Both the position numbers and the translations under genes were made by a program. This document shows positions 17,034 to 18,301 of a stretch of 18,301 nt of DNA, piece after piece. Origin of the DNA: Promethearchaeota archaeon (GTDB taxonomy: Archaea; Asgardarchaeota; Lokiarchaeia; Sigyniarchaeales; SOKP01); assembly GCA_018238625.1 (NCBI GenBank), contig JABCSY010000084.1:1-18301 (forward strand), given 5' to 3'. The stretch's first letter is position 1. Every line of letters begins with the position of its first letter. Under the pieces are notes generated by a model, which was not told the DNA's origin, ran no database searches, and was given only the letters and a program-made list of their open reading frames with translations.

Positions 17034-18299
17034 TTAGCCTTCTTTTTGATATACTTTCTCTATGATGTCAAGTATATCAAGAGGAGTATTTACTTCTCCT
17101 TTATAATAGTTCTTAATAAACGGATCATCCTTAAACCATTTATAAAACCTCTCTCTCATTCTGTGCCTTAATTTTGCACTATTTGGATTATACCTATATC
17201 CAAGTTCAATTGTGTAAATTTTGGTTAAATTCCAGCCTTGTTTTCTTCTCATAATTACAATTTCATAAGGTGTCATGTAGGACATATTTGCTTCTAAGGA
17301 ACCATATACTTCTATAATTTTACGAATTATATTTTTTGATTGATTAACAAACGAGTCATTTTCAAAGATTTGAATAATTTTCTGTTTCATACGCTGTCTA
17401 CCTACCTGTGAACCAGGATCATATGTATAATTCAGTTTTCGAATATATATTTGTTCTAAATTCCATCCTTTTGATAGATATTCAATTGTAATTTCCCATT
17501 GTTGCTTTTGCTTCACTGAGGAATCCTTTCCATACTTGTTTAATCCCTCTAAATTCCATTTTTTTGCCCAATATCTAACAGTGTCATTATCAATCTGTTC
17601 TCCAAATTTTTCATAGTGGTAGTTTGCAATTCTTTGGTTGGACCAACCTTTAAAATAGAGTATTTTTAAATCATCCTTCTTTAGTTTAAATTTGACCATG
17701 TCAAGTCCAAGGCCTTCTAATCTTTTTTTATATAATTCTTGCTGAGACAAGTAATTATATCTCTTTCTTGGTAGACTCCTTTCATAATTATCTAATAGCT
17801 CATTAAAGAATATTGATCCTATCGAAAGTGAATAATCACCTTTTTTGTTCGGACCTTTAACATCATATTCTATCTTGAAATAATTCCTGATATCATTTAA
17901 TTGGTATTTACTTTTTGAAATTATGATCGGAGAAAGCCCTTTATCTTGGACCGTTGGAAACTTCTTTCCATGAGAACCATCACCATCAAAGAATCCCAAT
18001 AACATAGCTTTAATCAACTCAGTAGTTTTCAATTTCCAATACGGGAATCTGACTAAGGAAGAGGAGCTTGTTTTGCCGTCAATAGGAAATCCTCTGTCTA
18101 ATAATGATTTACAAAAATCAAAATCAGGTATTCGTAAACGGATTCTATAGATCCTTTTTTCATTTCTTGTTATATATCTATTATACTCCAAATAAGCTGG
18201 ATTAAATCCTAAATCTCGGCATAAATATTTAAACAATATCCCGTCAATGGCGCTAATAGTTATCTCAAAATTCGCTTGTCTAATATGACCTTCTGCTAA
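17034..18299 (-). CDS. 5'-truncated LAGLIDADG-like domain protein with HTH and duplicated C-terminal domain
   Basis: The frame stays open upstream of the listed TTG 18236 to the window edge (..LAEGHIRQANFEITISAIDGILFKYL..), so the true start is probably outside the window. LAEGHI resembles the end of a first LAGLIDADG helix and 'AMLLGFFDGDGS' a second. 'SLPRK' closes the domain. Confidence 0.8.
   Translation of the reverse strand, partial: LAEGHIRQANFEITISAIDGILFKYLCRDLGFNPAYLEYNRYITRNEKRIYRIRLRIPDFDFCKSLLDRGFPIDGKTSSSSLVRFPYWKLKTTELIKAMLLGFFDGDGSHGKKFPTVQDKGLSPIIISKSKYQLNDIRNYFKIEYDVKGPNKKGDYSLSIGSIFFNELLDNYERSLPRKRYNYLSQQELYKKRLEGLGLDMVKFKLKKDDLKILYFKGWSNQRIANYHYEKFGEQIDNDTVRYWAKKWNLEGLNKYGKDSSVKQKQQWEITIEYLSKGWNLEQIYIRKLNYTYDPGSQVGRQRMKQKIIQIFENDSFVNQSKNIIRKIIEVYGSLEANMSYMTPYEIVIMRRKQGWNLTKIYTIELGYRYNPNSAKLRHRMRERFYKWFKDDPFIKNYYKGEVNTPLDILDIIEKVYQKEG
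17049..17498 (-). repeat. Protein-level tandem duplication (2 x ~65-73 aa) at the C-terminus of the LAGLIDADG-like protein
   Basis: Copy 1 is WEITIEYLSKGWNLEQIYIRKLNYTYDPGSQVGRQRMKQKIIQIFENDSFV..IIRKIIEVY (17498-17304). Copy 2 is YEIVIMRRKQGWNLTKIYTIELGYRYNPNSAKLRHRMRERFYKWFKDDPFI..ILDIIEKVY (17267-17049). Confidence 0.8.
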
Positions 18300-18301
18300 A
18301 A

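Noticed and set aside
17034-18301. Intein or IS transposase interpretation of the last ORF
   Set aside because: No intein C-terminal splice motif after the endonuclease domain, and no DDE motif or terminal inverted repeat seen. The missing 5' part limits certainty.
1-18301. CRISPR arrays, tRNA/rRNA genes, integrase or att sites
   Set aside because: All intergenic gaps are under 300 bp and AT-rich, with no periodic repeats or GC-rich structured RNA visible by eye.

Overview
AT-rich, gene-dense window that looks archaeal, most likely Asgard/Lokiarchaeia. The evidence is an IPGY-TM-basic 'Loki-CTERM'-like tail on a solute-binding protein, GAGGTG/AGGTGA ribosome-binding sites and TATA-like boxes about 25-35 bp upstream of start codons; the taxonomy is inference. 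Left to right: a DUF2281-type antitoxin overlapping a 17-codon remnant of a PemK/MazF-like toxin that the ORF track missed; an AlaX-type tRNA-editing protein; a convergent HEPN-MNT pair; a 4-TM membrane protein; a GH4 glycosidase with an atypical CHEF motif; an MBL-fold hydrolase; a corrinoid protein plus UroD/CmuA-like methyltransferase operon; an orphan family-5 ABC solute-binding protein with patchy GC content; a SNF2 ATPase plus SWIM Zn-finger pair; a 2-TM bPH-like protein; an M24 Xaa-Pro peptidase; and a mandelate-racemase-family enzyme. The last gene runs off the right edge and has two LAGLIDADG-like motifs, an HTH and two tandem copies of an unrecognised ~70-aa domain; it is the most novel-looking item. 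No tRNA, rRNA, CRISPR array or transposase was seen. All calls come from reading motifs by eye; no database searches were run.
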